NCBI GenBank assembly: GCA_037447605.1 | Contig: CM074822.1 | Span: forward strand, 1,139,492-1,203,491 | Source: Zygnema circumcarinatum SAG 698-1b | Lineage: Eukaryota > Plantae > Zygnematophyceae | Length of the DNA: 64,000 nt | Direction of reading: 5' to 3' | Translations under genes and position numbers: made by a program | Part shown: in pieces, positions 1 through 12,548 of the stretch | How positions within the stretch are numbered: the first letter of the stretch is position 1 | Layout of the letters: every line of letters begins with the position of its first letter | Notes under the pieces: model-generated | Told to the model about the DNA's origin: nothing | Databases searched by the model: none | The model's input: the letters and a program-made list of their open reading frames with translations, nothing else

Positions 1-1058
1 AACAGTGAGGAGGGCGACCACATCCATGTCGGGGCTCCATGCAGACAGTTCCAGCTGTTCCATGCGTCAAATTCCGTTCAGAGAATTTGTCAGGTATTCT
101 TCCCGCGGGACATGGCTACCTACATGTATGACTAGGGCCTTCAGTTCCTAAGAGAATGCATACTACTCAACAGGTTGGAGTTCGCATACAGCATTCACAT
201 TCGTATAACGTTTGGCGTAAGCATTTAGGAATGTATGGAATTACACCGAAGAAGGCATTTTTTTTCTTAACATATATATGCACATGTCAATGGCGTTTAT
301 GAAAAACTAAAACGTAGCGATTTCTCTAATTATCAAATGTTTCTCAAAACGGCATATAGACACTTGATGGGAGTACAGATCATGGAACGCGAGCTGGACA
401 ACGTAAAGGCTTTAACTTATCCTACACAATAAAGTTCAGAAGAACTTTCCCCCTCTCTCTCTCTCTACCTACCTCTCCCTCTCCCCCTCCCTCTCCATCT
501 CCCTCTCATTCTTCCTCTCCTTCCCACTCTCTCCTCTCACTCTCTCTCGTATTCAACAGCATTAGGTCTATTTCATTGCTCCTTCAAAACCAAAAGGACA
601 TTTTTAAGTTTGACTCTGACACACATTTCGTAACTCCCAAATATCATAGAAATTTTGTGAGCCGTAACTGTTCGAGGCAAGAGTAAAATAACAGAAGCAC
701 GTTGAAAAGCAGCTCACAACGCAGTTTCTTGGTAACCGCAAGTGACAGCTGGAATGCAATGCTGGTAGAGAGGAGAGGCAAGGGCGATAGAGAGAAAGGT
801 AGAGAAGCCAGGGGGGAGAGGGGGAGAGGGAGACACAGACAGAGACACAGAGAGAGAGAGAGGGGAAGAAAGGGAGGGAGAAAGCGAGAGAGAGAAAGAT
901 AGGGGGGAAGAAAGAGAAAGCGAGAGAGAGAGGGAGAAGGAAGAGAGAGAGGGAGAAGGAAGAGAGAGAGGGAGAAGGAAGAGAGAGAGCACCTGCGCGG
1001 GCAGGCCCTTGTCATGCAGGAGGGTGAAGCTCCCCTCCCCCCCCTCTCCGCCCTCCAT
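1..1058 (-). CDS. APC4: Anaphase-promoting complex subunit 4, first two exons (1058-993 and 54-<1); gene runs off the window
   Basis: Spliced translation [22 protein letters not shown]|LELSAWSPDMDVVALLTV resembles the recalled APC4 WD40 N-terminus ([29 protein letters not shown]). GT donor at 992-991, CAG acceptor at 57-55, phase 0. Confidence 0.8.
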
Positions 1059-1162
1059 GGCTGCACAGCCTTGCTCGCGGAGTGAAGTGCGAGTCCGCCC
1101 CTTTTTGAATGGTACTATGGTAATTTTAGATTATATACTTACAAACGACCTTCAACAGCACC

Positions 1163-1266
1163 GCCGCGATGGCGCAGTCGGTAGCGCGTAGGTCTCATAG
1201 CCCGACTCCTGTTGATTAACAGGCCAAGCAATCCTAAGGTCGAGAGTTCGATCCTCTCTCGCGGCA
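1163..1266 (+). tRNA. Elongator tRNA-Met(CAT) with a 31-nt intron (1200-1230)
   Basis: Acceptor stem GCCGCGA/TCGCGGC, A box TGGCGCAGTCGG, anticodon arm TAGGT-CT-CAT-A[intron]A-TCCTA, T arm GAGAG-TTCGATC-CTCTC, followed by TTTT. TA-rich element and CAA upstream, as in plant tRNA genes. Confidence 0.97.
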
Positions 1267-1745
1267 TTTTGCTGTCGGCCACAAACAAACGTATATGGCG
1301 CGGGTGGTCTTTTTGCTTTTTGGCTTTCTCAGAACAACTACTGTTTGCGGTCATCAACAAAATAAATTATGATGATGATCTCACGATGGCGATGATGCAA
1401 CATGGACAACATAAAGGTTTTCTATTCTGGACGTCCTTCGAATTTCATAGAAATCTTTGTTGTTCCACTTGTACTGCATGTAGTAAGTACCCCATGCAAT
1501 TTATCTACCACCACCACACATCAAATAAGAACGCCAAAGTCTAAATCCTAAAACCCCAAATAGCGGTTTTGGTATTCGCTAGCTGAAGTGCAGTGCACAA
1601 TTGCTCCACGAATTTGTTCTTCAAGTTTTTGACAACATACCGTGGTACTTGCACCCATAGCCGGAGCCAAAAAGCGTGTTGTTGGTACACCCCCAAAAGA
1701 GGCAAATTTGTGCATCATGAAAAAGCGACAATATTTTCCTTGGAG

Positions 1746-1840
1746 CGAGCACTGAGAGATTCGAACTCTCGCGGGTAGAACCCACACACTATGCTGCAGT
1801 AGGTAGCAGGCGTGCGCCTTAACCACTCGGCCAAATGCTC
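1746..1840 (-). tRNA. tRNA-Ser(GCT) with a 13-nt intron (1803-1791)
   Basis: Reverse strand reads GAGCATT TGGCCGAGTGGTTAAGGCG CACGC-CT-GCT-A[cctactgcagcat]A-GTGTG, long variable arm, GAGAG-TTCGAAT-CTCTC, AGTGCTC-G. Spliced length 82 nt. Confidence 0.96.
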
Positions 1841-2171
1841 CTGGTTGATGAAATCATTCTTTTAAATTAATTATTCTTTACTTAAAAGCGCTCCACAGCC
1901 CCATGCCTTTCTCCTGCTGCAAGAAGCATGGTGATGGAGCCATGGCGACCGGCCATGGCCATGCAGCTCTCGGGCCATGGCTGCCGAGAGGGGAAGGCGG
2001 CGTCGTTTTGCGCCGCTGAGTGGCGGAGGTCAGATGAGCGCTGAAGGCGTCTCTGCTTTTTGAAGGGATATGTGCGCTCTGAGAGGGGGACGAGGAGAAC
2101 AAGGAGGGGGAGGAGGAGGGGGAAGCGGGCTCAGAAATTAGGGTTAGGGTGTTGGAGGAAAAGAGTGCAGA

Positions 2172-5100
2172 ATGGCGGGATGGCTGAAAGCGGCTGAAAG
2201 TTTTCTGAACAAGGTAAGCTTGTGCTGCCTCGGAACGAAGTGAAACGGGGCCATGTTTGAATGATTTTAGGGTTGGTGTGAGGCTTGTAGAGCAATCCGC
2301 TCGCCGAAGTGGAAGGATTTAGTGGTTTAAATTCATCCTTGCGGACTTATGTGAAGGATGAGAAATGCACGACTTATTCAGGAGGCATTTCGAGCTTCCT
2401 GCTTGATTGTTTCCTTTAAAAACTATTCGCTATAAGAGGTCTATTTGTTTTATAGAGCGCTTGCAGCGCTAAATTTTTTATAGGGAAGCTTTGTGCTTTC
2501 TCCTTACGCTAAAAATTAGCTCCAGTTAATAAATTAGCTCCGGCCCGCCCTCCCTCCCTCTCTCTCCCTCCCTCTCTCTCCCTCCCTCCCTCCCTCCCCC
2601 TCTCCCTCCACCTTATCTCTCTCTCCCTCTCCCCCTCTCTCCCTCTCTCTCTCTCTCTCAAATCTCCTCCATTCGCCCCTATGCCTGGAAAGACCTAAAC
2701 AAACTTCATTTGTCATTTGCCCTTCTTCCATTCGTTCTTTCTTCGTCCATTCCGTTGACAGATCGACAAATCTGCAGCGACAACTCTCCGGAGTGACCGA
2801 CATCGATCGCTGGCCAGTGACTCAGATTACAGCGACCAAGAGCTTCCTGAGAGAGGGGGAAGCAGGAGAGCATCTTCAAATGGAGCTGCTCAACCGCCGC
2901 AAGATGTGGCAGCATTCACGGCATACAGCAGTGGTCAACCGAGTCAAGTCAAGTCAAGTCAAGCAGGCCCTGCAGTTCCATCTGGAGGAAGAACAGTTCA
3001 TAGCAGCTCAAATTCTCGATTTTCAGCCCAAAGAAATAGAACTCCGTCAGCTTCCTCGTCTACTTTGCAGACGCCGAACGATTCGGATGCAAGTGAGACG
3101 GATGATTGGACGGAAATGTTGAAATATGGTCCTTCTGTGAGTGGGAATGCAGCTTCTGGTAGCTCAGTTAGAATGTCGTCAAGCAGTCTTACAGAAGGGA
3201 GAGCCTCTCTCAGAGGAGGAGGGAAGCCTGCTATTGCCTCATCTTCTCGATCTCGACAAGGTACTTTTAGTTCACCTTTGGATGCCCAGCTTGCAAAAAA
3301 TCAGGGGAATGGAATGCGGCAAGCAGTTAGTGTAGGAGTGAGGAAAAAAACTGCAGAAGATATGAATTTGCAAAGTGGAAAAAATTCCGTTGAGAAAGGA
3401 GCTGCAGATGCTCTTGCTGCAGTGAGGCAGTTCAGGGGAGTGAATGAACAGCAGAAAGAAGCTTTTAAAGGAGAGGAAAAAAGGCATCAAGGGGTACCTT
3501 CTTCTGCCCTTTCTAAAGGAATTGACCAGAACTTAGTCAGTGAAGCAAGCAAGTTTCCTCCCTTGAATGAAGAACAAGCATCGGGCAATGCTAGTCACAA
3601 TACTGGGTCGGGTTTTCTCTCTGAAGCTCCTATATCTTTAATGGAGAACAAGCTAGAAATTTCAGCTTCAGAAGGAAGTTCAAGTGTTCTGGTCGACAAC
3701 AGAAGTTTGGCAGCTTCTGAAGCTCCCCTGCTTGACTCTATAGATTTCTCAGATGCTGCTTCAAAAACCCTTCAAAATCCTTCTGCTGATTCGAGTGACA
3801 ACAGCACAACAATGAAGGTTGTTCCAGACTCGAAATATATTGACCCCTTTCCTTCGTTCAACAGAAGCCAAAATGTTCCTTCAGCTTCAGGTTCCGTTTC
3901 AAACATTGATTTGAAACAGGAAATTTCAGAGTCTGTATCGCCTCCTTTAGCATCTTCAGGAGAGACAGAACGGAGGTCTATGAAGGAGAAGGAGAGAGAG
4001 AAAAGTGTGAATGACCTTCTCGATTTTCTGCTCAGAAGTAGCACAGAACTTGAAAGTGGGGATAATGTATCCAGTAAAGTTGAAAAACATTCGAAAACTA
4101 GTATAGTAAGAGGAGAAAAACCCATTCTGGAGGAGGAAACAGTAGTCTTATCGGAAATAGATGTAGTGAAGGCGAGAGGAGAGATGCAGGAGGGGTCGAA
4201 TAGTATTAAGGAAAAGCCTTCGGATGAATCCGCGGAGCCTTTAAAAGTGGAAGAAAGTATTTCAAGCAGAACAGATGAAGAATTGGGAATGGAGGAGGAG
4301 ATGCATACATCACAAGTGAAAGGTGGAGAAAGGGAGCAGGATGAAGAGCTACGATATGCAGAGGTACCCACAACAGAATTAGGAGAAAAAGTTGATGTTG
4401 ATGCAGTGAAAGAGAAGGGAATACATGAAGCAGAGGAGGGGAGAGAATTTTCCCTTGTGTCTGAAAGAGGTTTAGAAGGAGGTCAGGTTGGACAAGCAAG
4501 GGATGGTGTAGTGATAGAAGGAGAAGAGTGTGGGAGTAGAGAGCAAGGAGGACTGAATGACGAAGTATTATCAGTTATTAAGGATTCTATGGATACTAGT
4601 GAGTCTGTCAAGGCAGAGGACCTGTTGGATGCTTACTTGGAGAGTGTAATGCTTAAAGCTAATAAAGGGGAAGGAGAGGTAACTGTATCGGATTTAACTA
4701 ATGGGGAGGGGCTGCAAATCAGCAGCAGGCCCCCCCTTCCTCCTGCTGGGAAAGCACTTATGGGTCGGAAAAAAGATGTTAAGAAAGCAAGGTTTGATCA
4801 ACAAGATGGGAATATGATGGGAAAGAGGAAAGGTTTAGGGCAAGTAGTAGGGAGTGTTCTGATTGGGGAGAGGAGTAGAGGGGGGAAGGGGATTCTGGGA
4901 TTGCGAAGAGATCAGGGAAGTCGGGAGAGAGAGGATGATGATAAAGGCGGAGGTACGGACAATGGAGAAAGTTCGAGCGATGAAAGCTCCGACTCCGGTA
5001 AGTCAAATGCTCATAACAGCTTTAGTTTCTTTCTACTCGCACCACTTTAAGGTTTTTGGGGTAAATGTAGCCTCCGTATGCAATGGATAAAGCAGCTGAA

Positions 5101-6561
5101 AATCCTCAAGTGGCATGAATTTCTGAATTTTTTTATCGTTAACCATGGACCCTAACTCTAAACCCTTAACCCCTAACCCCTTTCCAAAACAAGCAAGAAA
5201 AAAAGAGCTTTAACTTTTTTTTTCTCGTGCGCCTTACTTTTTGAAGCCTTGCAAAAGCGTAGGAGGACAAACTTTTCTTTTTGTTTTCTTTTTTAATTAC
5301 TTCCTTCCCTTTCTTTTGTTCATCAAAGACATATTCCCTCTCCTTCCTCTCCTTTGTCTGTTCCCTTTTCACAGGGTCTGAAAGTGCATCCGACGATGAG
5401 GAGGCTAAGGAAGCCATAGAGAGAGCGGCTGCTTTAAAAGCAGAGTCTGACCAAGCAGCTCTGCTTGCTGCAGCTCTAATGAGAGAGATAGCTGCTCTCT
5501 CTGCAGGAAGAGAGGCTCTCAAAGAGAGAGAGAGCATTGCAGAAAAATTAGCACTTGAAAAAGAAGCCATTCAGCGTGCTTCTGCAGAAGCTTCTGAACA
5601 GCACGCGAAGGAAATTGCAAAGCTAAGGGAGACAATGATGGAGGGAATGGCTGCTATTGCAGTTGAAAAAAATGCTCATACAAGCACTAGGATTGAACTT
5701 CAAGATAGAGAGGCGGAGTTGGAGGCAGAAAATGTTGCTCAAGCAACTGCCCTTGCTGCTGCACAAAGGGTTTTAGATGAAGAGGTGGAACGGGTGGTTC
5801 GAGCTAAGGGGATAGTGGAGAGTTTGGAGAGGTCAAAATCAAAGCTTGAACAAGAATGTGACGAGCTTAGAAGGAAGGTTGAAGGTGGAAACAAGTCAGA
5901 TTCTACCTCCTCTCATTTTGAGCCTTTTGTGGAGAATGCAGCTTTGGTTGCAGAAGAGCTTTCAAGGTTGTCTTGGCGAATAGAAGAAAGGCAAACGCAG
6001 GTGAGAGATTTGGAGGAGAAATTTGAGCAGTTGCAGAGGGTTCAGAGGCAACCTTCGGAGGTGGAACAGGAATTGGAACATAGACTGAAACAGCTGATAG
6101 ACCATCTTATCCAGAAACAGAGTCAAGTAGAAGCTTTAGCCAGTGAGAAAGCGACTTTAACCCTTCGCCTTGAAACCGTCACCGCTTCTTTAAAGGAGGA
6201 GAGAGCAACTTCCTCAAAATCAGGTAAGAAAAAAGGTTCTTTTTCAGCCAATCAGGAGTGGAACGGAGCTGCTGCAGGAGACGAAGATGTAGAATTTGGG
6301 CTGTCCAGGTCGTATACTCTTAATAGAAGCAAGAGATTGCTTTTGGGAGGTATGGACTATGGGTATGGAGGGAGGACAAATGCCGTCATGGGGCAGTTGA
6401 ATGTGTTCGCATGGCGATTGGATTCGTGGGTGCTTGGAGGGGCGAGCTACATGAGGACTAATGGCACAGCCCGGGCTATGGTGTGGGGCTACCTCGTGCT
6501 GCTTCACTTCTGGGTGCTCTTTGTGTGGCTCATGCACTCGAAGGGGGATGCGATGGGGTAA
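2172..6561 (+). CDS. GC2: Golgin-84 family / golgin candidate 2; exons 2172-2213, 2762-4997, 5375-6561
   Basis: N-terminus MAGWLKAAESFLNKIDKSAA, long disordered region, coiled coil with LKQLIDHLIQKQSQVEALASEKATL, and C-terminal TM segment GYLVLLHFWVLFVWL. Junction phases (0, 1) are consistent. Confidence 0.9.
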
Positions 6562-6686
6562 TTTGTATCCAGTGGGTTGGGAGGGAGGGGTTTCATTTGT
6601 ATAGGGGGGGGAGGGAGGGGGAAGGGGGAGGGGATGATAGCGAGAGCGAGAGTAAGAGGGGTGTGGGAAGGGGAGGGGGAGGAGGG

Positions 6687-6749
<63 letters not shown>

Positions 6750-7017
6750 CAGAAAAGGAAAGAGAGAGTAAGGGGTGTGGGAATGGGAGGAACAGAAAGA
6801 AGGGCAACGAGGTAGGGGCAGAAGGGGGGAGAGCTACGGACGAGTTATATGAAGAGTAGTCGGTGACTCGACCAATGTAGTATACGAATCTGTCGTCATT
6901 GGATTTTTCCTCTCATGTTTGATTTTTTGAAGGGTAATGTTTTTTATCCAAATCGGAGTCACTCTAATCCTCTTCTTCTGTCCGTGTATGCGGCATTTGT
7001 ATTGCTTTTACATGTTT

Positions 7018-8506
7018 TCAATATTGCGTGGTGTATGCGGTCGACTGATGTGACACGGCAGTTTTAGTATCAATTTCAGTTTCTGTTTTATCCCTTTCCA
7101 CTTTCACAAACTTTGCCATTCCTGTCACTTTCCAAAAGTAGATAGAGTCCCTAGCAAACACAAAAACACTGATACAAGACANNNNNNNNNNNNNNNNNNN
7201 NNNNNNNNNNNNNNNNNNNNNNNNNNNNNNNNNNNNNNNNNNNNNNNNNNNNNNNNNNNNNNNNNNNNNNNNNNNNNNNNNGAGGGGGGAGGGGAGGGGA
7301 GGGAGGGGAGGGGAGGGGAGGGGAGGGGAGGGAGGGGAGGGGAGAGGGAGGGGGAGGGGAGGGGAGGGGAGGGGGAGGGGAGGGGAGGGGAGGGGAGGAG
7401 GGGAGGGGAGGGGGAGGGGAGGGGGAGGGGAGGAGGGGAGGGGAGGGGGAGGGGGAGGGGAGGGGGGGAGGGGAGGGAGGGGAGGGGAGGAGGGGAGGGG
7501 AGGGAGGGGAGGGGAGGGGAGGGGAGGGGAGGGGAGGGGAGGGGGAAAGTGAGGAGGGGAGGGGAGGGGAGGGGAGGGGAGGGGGAGGGGAGGGGGAGGG
7601 GAGGGGGGGAGGGGGAGGGGGAGGGGAGGGGAGGGGGAGGGGGGAGGGGGGGAGGGGAGGAGGGGAGGGGAGGGGAGGGGAGGGGAGGGGAGGAGGGGAG
7701 GGGAGGGAGGGGAGGGGGAGGGGAGGGGAGGGGAGGGGAGGGGAGGAGGGGGGAGGGGGAGGGGAGGAGGGGAGGGGAGGAGGGGAGGGGGAGGGGAGGG
7801 GGAGGGGGGAGGGGAGGGAGGGGAGGAGGGGAGGGGAGGGGAGGGGAGGGGAGGGGAGGAGGGGGAGGGGAGGGAGGGGAGGGGGAGGGGAGGGGAGGGG
7901 AGGGGAGGGGAGGGGGAGGGGAGGAGGGGGAGAAAGAGAGGGGGAGAGAAAGAGGGGGAGAGAGAGAGGGGAAGATAGAGAGGGGAAGATAGAGGGGGAA
8001 GGCCCAGCAGAACGAGAAGGGTATGCGAAGGAAGAGGAAAAAAAAACGTGAACAGATGGCGGATTGCAGTCTTGCTGGAGAGTGAGAGCGAAGGGTAGCG
8101 GAAACGAAAGAAAAAGAAAACAGGAAAAAGCATGGAGTGAGAGATAGACAGAGAGAGAAAGAGAGAAGACAAAGAGAGAGAAATAGAGAGAGATAGACAG
8201 AGAGAGATAGCGAGGTAGAAAGAGAGAGCAGGAGAGAGAGCGAGAGAGATATATAGGAAAAAGATAGAGAAAGAGATATATACAGAAAGATATACTAGAG
8301 AGTGAAATATAGAGAGATAGACAGAGAGAGGGATATACAGAGAAATGTATACGGAGAGAGATAGATAGACATAAAGAGAGATATATAGAGAGAGAAAGGG
8401 ATTCACTGCGGAAATATAGCAAACCTCGTTCCGGAGAACTTCTTCCAGCTGGCATGCGCGTTATAAAGTCCAGCTCTGAATTCTCTGGATTCATATCTAT
8501 CACTCT
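7018..8506 (-). CDS. Last two exons (8506-8425, 7150-7018) of an unidentified gene
   Basis: AG/GT boundaries join in phase 2 to give SDRYESREFRAGLYNAHASWKKFSGTRDSIYFWKVTGMAKF...TTQY*. Complex, protein-like text between simple repeats. Upstream exons not resolved and the intron spans a 100-N gap. Confidence 0.45.
7282..7980. repeat. G-rich homopurine tract (GGGGA/GGAG units)
   Basis: Almost purely G/A, adjacent to the 100-N gap at 7182-7281. Confidence 0.95.
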
Positions 8507-10739
8507 CTAGTGTTTATCTCTCTCTGTCTCTCTCTCTAAATCTTACTCTCCGTCTCTCTATCTCTCCCAGATCCTGCTCTCTCCTCTACTCCTCCCCTCA
8601 CTCTCCCTCCCCCACTCTCCTTCCCTTCTTAATGTTTCCTTTCGCAACTTCTCTCTTCTCCATCCTCCCTCTTCCTCCCTTTATCCAATTCCCTATCTAT
8701 CTATCCCTCTCTCTCTATCGCTCCCTCTCCTGTCTTTCCTCGTCAGAGAAACAATTTTCCCCCCTCTTTCTCTATTAACTCATGCAAATGTTTCTCACAC
8801 TCCCTCCCCCCTCTCTCCCTTCGCTGTCCCTCTCTCTCTCTCCCTCTCTCTTTCCCTCCCTCTCCCTCTCCCTCTCCCTCTCCCTCTCCCTCTCCCTCTC
8901 CCTCTCTATCCCTTTCTCTCCCTCCTTCCCTTGCTCCCTCCCTATCTCCCTCACTCCCTCTCTCCCTCCCTCTCTCTCCCACCCTTCTCTCCGCACTCTG
9001 TCCGTACGGCTACACATATCCGTACAATCACACAACCTATTGACGTGTCCTTTCTGTACGAACACTCCTTTCTCCACCGACACTGTACGGCCCCATTTAA
9101 TACGACAAATGTATGTACGGCCTTACCACCTCAAAATGACACCCGACCGCCCGTGGATCCATCACCGGTACGGACGAAATGTACGAACGTACGAAATTTC
9201 AACACGTGAGAGGTCATTTTGTGTTTGCTACCGCTTCGGAAAGTCAAAATATTCGACTGTCAGCTTGGGATCGAACCTGGAAATCGGTGGGACCAGAAAT
9301 GAAATAGTTAATTTTGCAAAGTTTTGTAGATAAATCTTTTTATTTTCACGAGAGGCTTTTTTTAGCTAACCCGGGGAGTGGATCGGGCATATTTAATTAC
9401 AAGTGGGCAGAAAAACGGTCAGATAAAAGCATTATTTGAGCCAGTCAGAGCCCGCCATTCTTCGCCGTAGGGCGAATTGCAAACGTTTTGGCTGATTCCC
9501 CTGCCTTCCTTTTCTGTACGGTATTTTATTCAGCCCGGAATGCGCGTTGGATGTGTTCCAGCGATTGGCTGAAATCTTTTTCAAGTCCATTTTTTCGCTG
9601 CCCGACCACGTACCGCATGTACGCCTCCAATCATTTGGTATGGATAACACTATTTTGTCGTTTATTGTAATTATCTTGTGCACTTTTTGTCGTGTAGTGT
9701 TGCTTTCCTACATGTCGTGGTCTACTTTCGTCATTTACTGTGACATTCTGTGCATATGTTTGTCGTATAGTGATGCTTTCGTACATACCTTTGTCTTGAG
9801 AGTGACACGCGTCGCGCTCAAGAGTTCATGACAGTCCCCACTCGCGGAAACTTCGAGGCTTTGAAATTCTGAGTTGGACGGTACCGCCACAGTACACGTG
9901 GCAATACATACAGGTTTTTCTACGTGGCGAGAGCACATTGGATATTTTTAATGGAGACCGTTAATTTCACACCTCTTAACACGTGGCGGACGGCCATTCG
10001 ACGGTTTTTGAATATTACGCCACAACGAAAAAGTGCGCGAAGCGTCGCCCGTACGATGGAACGAGTCATCCACATCCCTCATCTGTCAATGTTGGAGTCC
10101 ATAAAACGACAAAAATATGTCACTCGTTTCCATGTGACGCGTCCTCACATCCAGTTCACCGTTAGAAGCAAACACGCAGTTGCATCTCCAGTTTGACAGG
10201 TTGTCGAACAAGTACGCTCTCCGCCACGTAGAAACGTAATTGTGAATGGTTCCTTGAACGGTTGGAGGGAGGGAGGGAGGGAGTGAGGTAGGGAGGGAGG
10301 AGGGAGGGAGGGAGGTAGGGAGGGAGGGAGGGAGGGAGGGAGGGAGGGAGGGAGGGAGGGAGGGAGGGAGGGAGGGAGGGAGGGAGGGAGGAGGAGGGTG
10401 GAGGGAGGAGGGAGGAAGGGAGGAAGGGAGGAAGGGAGGAAGGGAGGAAGGGAGGAAGGGAGGAAGGAAGGGAGGGAGGGAGGGAGGAAGGAAGGGAGGG
10501 AGGGAGGGATTCCGGAAGGAAAGGTTTTGGTGACCAAACTGTTGACTAATTAGTCATGACTAAACCCCAACTAAAGATTGTAGTCATTAGTCACCAGCCC
10601 ATGACTACAAAGGCCTCGTCCTATGTAAACGTTTTGGTTTTCTGAACTTGTTCAACAAACAATACAACATCACCCATGTATAATGTGCGTGATGCTATTC
10701 TTTTAGCATCAAATTATTCAGAGTGAAGGGAAGGGAAGT

Positions 10740-10828
10740 GGCATTGATCTCATGATGGCGAGGCTATCAAATGCACATGGACAAAATCGGCATGGGAACC
10801 ACGAGGAACTGGTCGCAAAGCCGTCTAG
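10740..10828 (+). repeat. Copy of an ~80-90 bp dispersed two-hairpin element (other copies 13180-13259, 48669-48760, partial 1377-1410)
   Basis: Shared CATTGA(T/A)CTC..GATGGCGA..GC(C/T)ATCAAAT...GGAACCACGA..ACTGG.C.CAAAG. Confidence 0.75.
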
Positions 10829-11414
10829 TTTTCTCGAGTACTTCAGAATTTGATCGGTTTTCCAGTGAAATTTAACATTAAGAATGCAGATAATTAAAAT
10901 TGATCTGGTTTTTTCAGTACAGCTTTACCCAACAAGGACGGGCGCGATCCAGGACTTCAGTTTAGAGGGGGGGGGGGGGGGGGGGGGGGGNNNNNNNNNN
11001 TGGGACGGTGACCAATGAGTTAAGCAGGAAAAAGAAAAAAGAAAAAAAATCTGAAATTCGAGTGTGTAATTTTTGCTATCCCGCCTTAAAAGTCAATCGA
11101 TGAGTGGCTGAAAAAATCTTTCAAAAAATCTGAGGGAGGGCTTAGTAAAAACCCTTAAAACCCTAAGTCCCCCCAAAAATAGCCGTAGATCTGCCGCCAG
11201 CCAGAGCCATCCATACATCCATCCATACATCAGACTAGAACATCATAGCTTTGGGAAAAAAAAAAAAAAACGAAACAACAGTTAGTGCAGCTCTTACTTT
11301 CCAGGATCATCCATTACCTTTCCGCTTCAAGTATGCACTCTGAACTTGAATTTAGAATCCGTATACAGCTTTTTGAAAACCCTAATTTGGAGGTTTGGTC
11401 TCGCCGCCTGCATG

Positions 11415-12548
11415 CTATTGCTTATATCTGAACATTGACGGCAGAATTTGAGGGGAACTGAAGAGGAGCTGTGCCAGGCCGACCGGAGCGAATCGGCTGC
11501 TGCCAAGTGGCGCCAACTGGGAAGGAACAGTAACAGCAGGTGTTGATGGTGCCAAATATTGCCTGGAGAGAAGCTCAAAAAATTGCAATATTACATACAA
11601 ATACTTACACACACTATGTACATTGTATTCATTTTTTGGAAAAACGGCATTCTGAGGAGACAACCCGGGCTGTAGGATTCCTTCCACCATGGAAGAAAAG
11701 GTATATACGTCTCAATCTACATTCTGCTTTAAGCATGCAGCTAAAAGCATTTGCTGATGTCCTGATATCTCTCATCATGATGATGCATGCGTGATGCATG
11801 ATAATGGTGATGATGCAAATTTTGGATTTTGAAGTTAAGCCTAGAAATGATGAACTGAAAGTGAGCTCAAACAATCCAACTCGAAGCAGACCTCAAAAGA
11901 ATAAAGTGAGTATGAGCAAAGAAAGTAGGAAAGAAAAGATAACTCTGCTTGAATTAGAACACTCATCGATCACAGGTTTTAGGGAAGAGTAGCAGCGTAT
12001 GAGTAGAAAACACAAAAGCAAGTGTTTTCCTTTTGGAAAACCACAGATCCTGGAACGCAAGAGCATTTTAGATTTCTTATCTCCATGAAGCACTACATCA
12101 CCATTCAGAAAGGGGCTGAGATTTAGCGCTTGAAGGACGAAAAAAAAAACCGAGTTCTGACGGCTTCAGATGTTTACTTGAAGCTAAACCAGCTCTATCC
12201 AAAAGACTTGCTACTCGCTATTTTTTCAACAAGAAATACAATCGCCAGCAACAGAAAGATTTCTGACATGCGGTTTGAATTCATGATCATGCACCAGCTC
12301 AGAACACAGAACAAACAATAAATAAATAATAAAGATAGCAATTAACAAAAATCTCTGACATGAACTGACCTCCATGAAGCGGATGCTGGTTGTGTTGCTG
12401 CCGAAGCGGCGAAAGGCATCGCCTCCGTCATGAGCCCCTGCCGCTGCTTGTGCTTAGGGTTGACGCTGCAGACCACGTACACCCTCCCGCGCCGCCTCAC
12501 CACTCTGCAGCTCTCGCAGAGCCGCTTCACCGCTGCTCGGACCTTCAT
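11415..12548 (-). CDS. RPL36: Mitochondrial ribosomal protein bL36m; exons 12548-12370, 11562-11415 (108 aa)
   Basis: [38 protein letters not shown] is the bL36 zinc ribbon. A plant-type C-terminal extension (PVGLAQLLF) joins in phase 2. Confidence 0.92.

Noticed and set aside
7018-8503. Long Pro-rich and Gly/Glu/Arg-rich ORFs here and at 14107-15388, 18209-18948, 50219-50932, 62585-63947
   Set aside because: Translations of homopurine/homopyrimidine repeats, open on both strands, with no domain content.
10536-10612. Small palindromes GACTAATTAGTC and TGTAGTCAT/ATGACTACA
   Set aside because: Short, single-copy in the window, with no TSD or other support.
10740-10828. SECIS, C/D or H/ACA snoRNA, or snRNA identity for the dispersed hairpin element
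   Set aside because: No SECIS quartet geometry, no D box, no terminal ACA and no Sm site. Kept only as an unassigned element.
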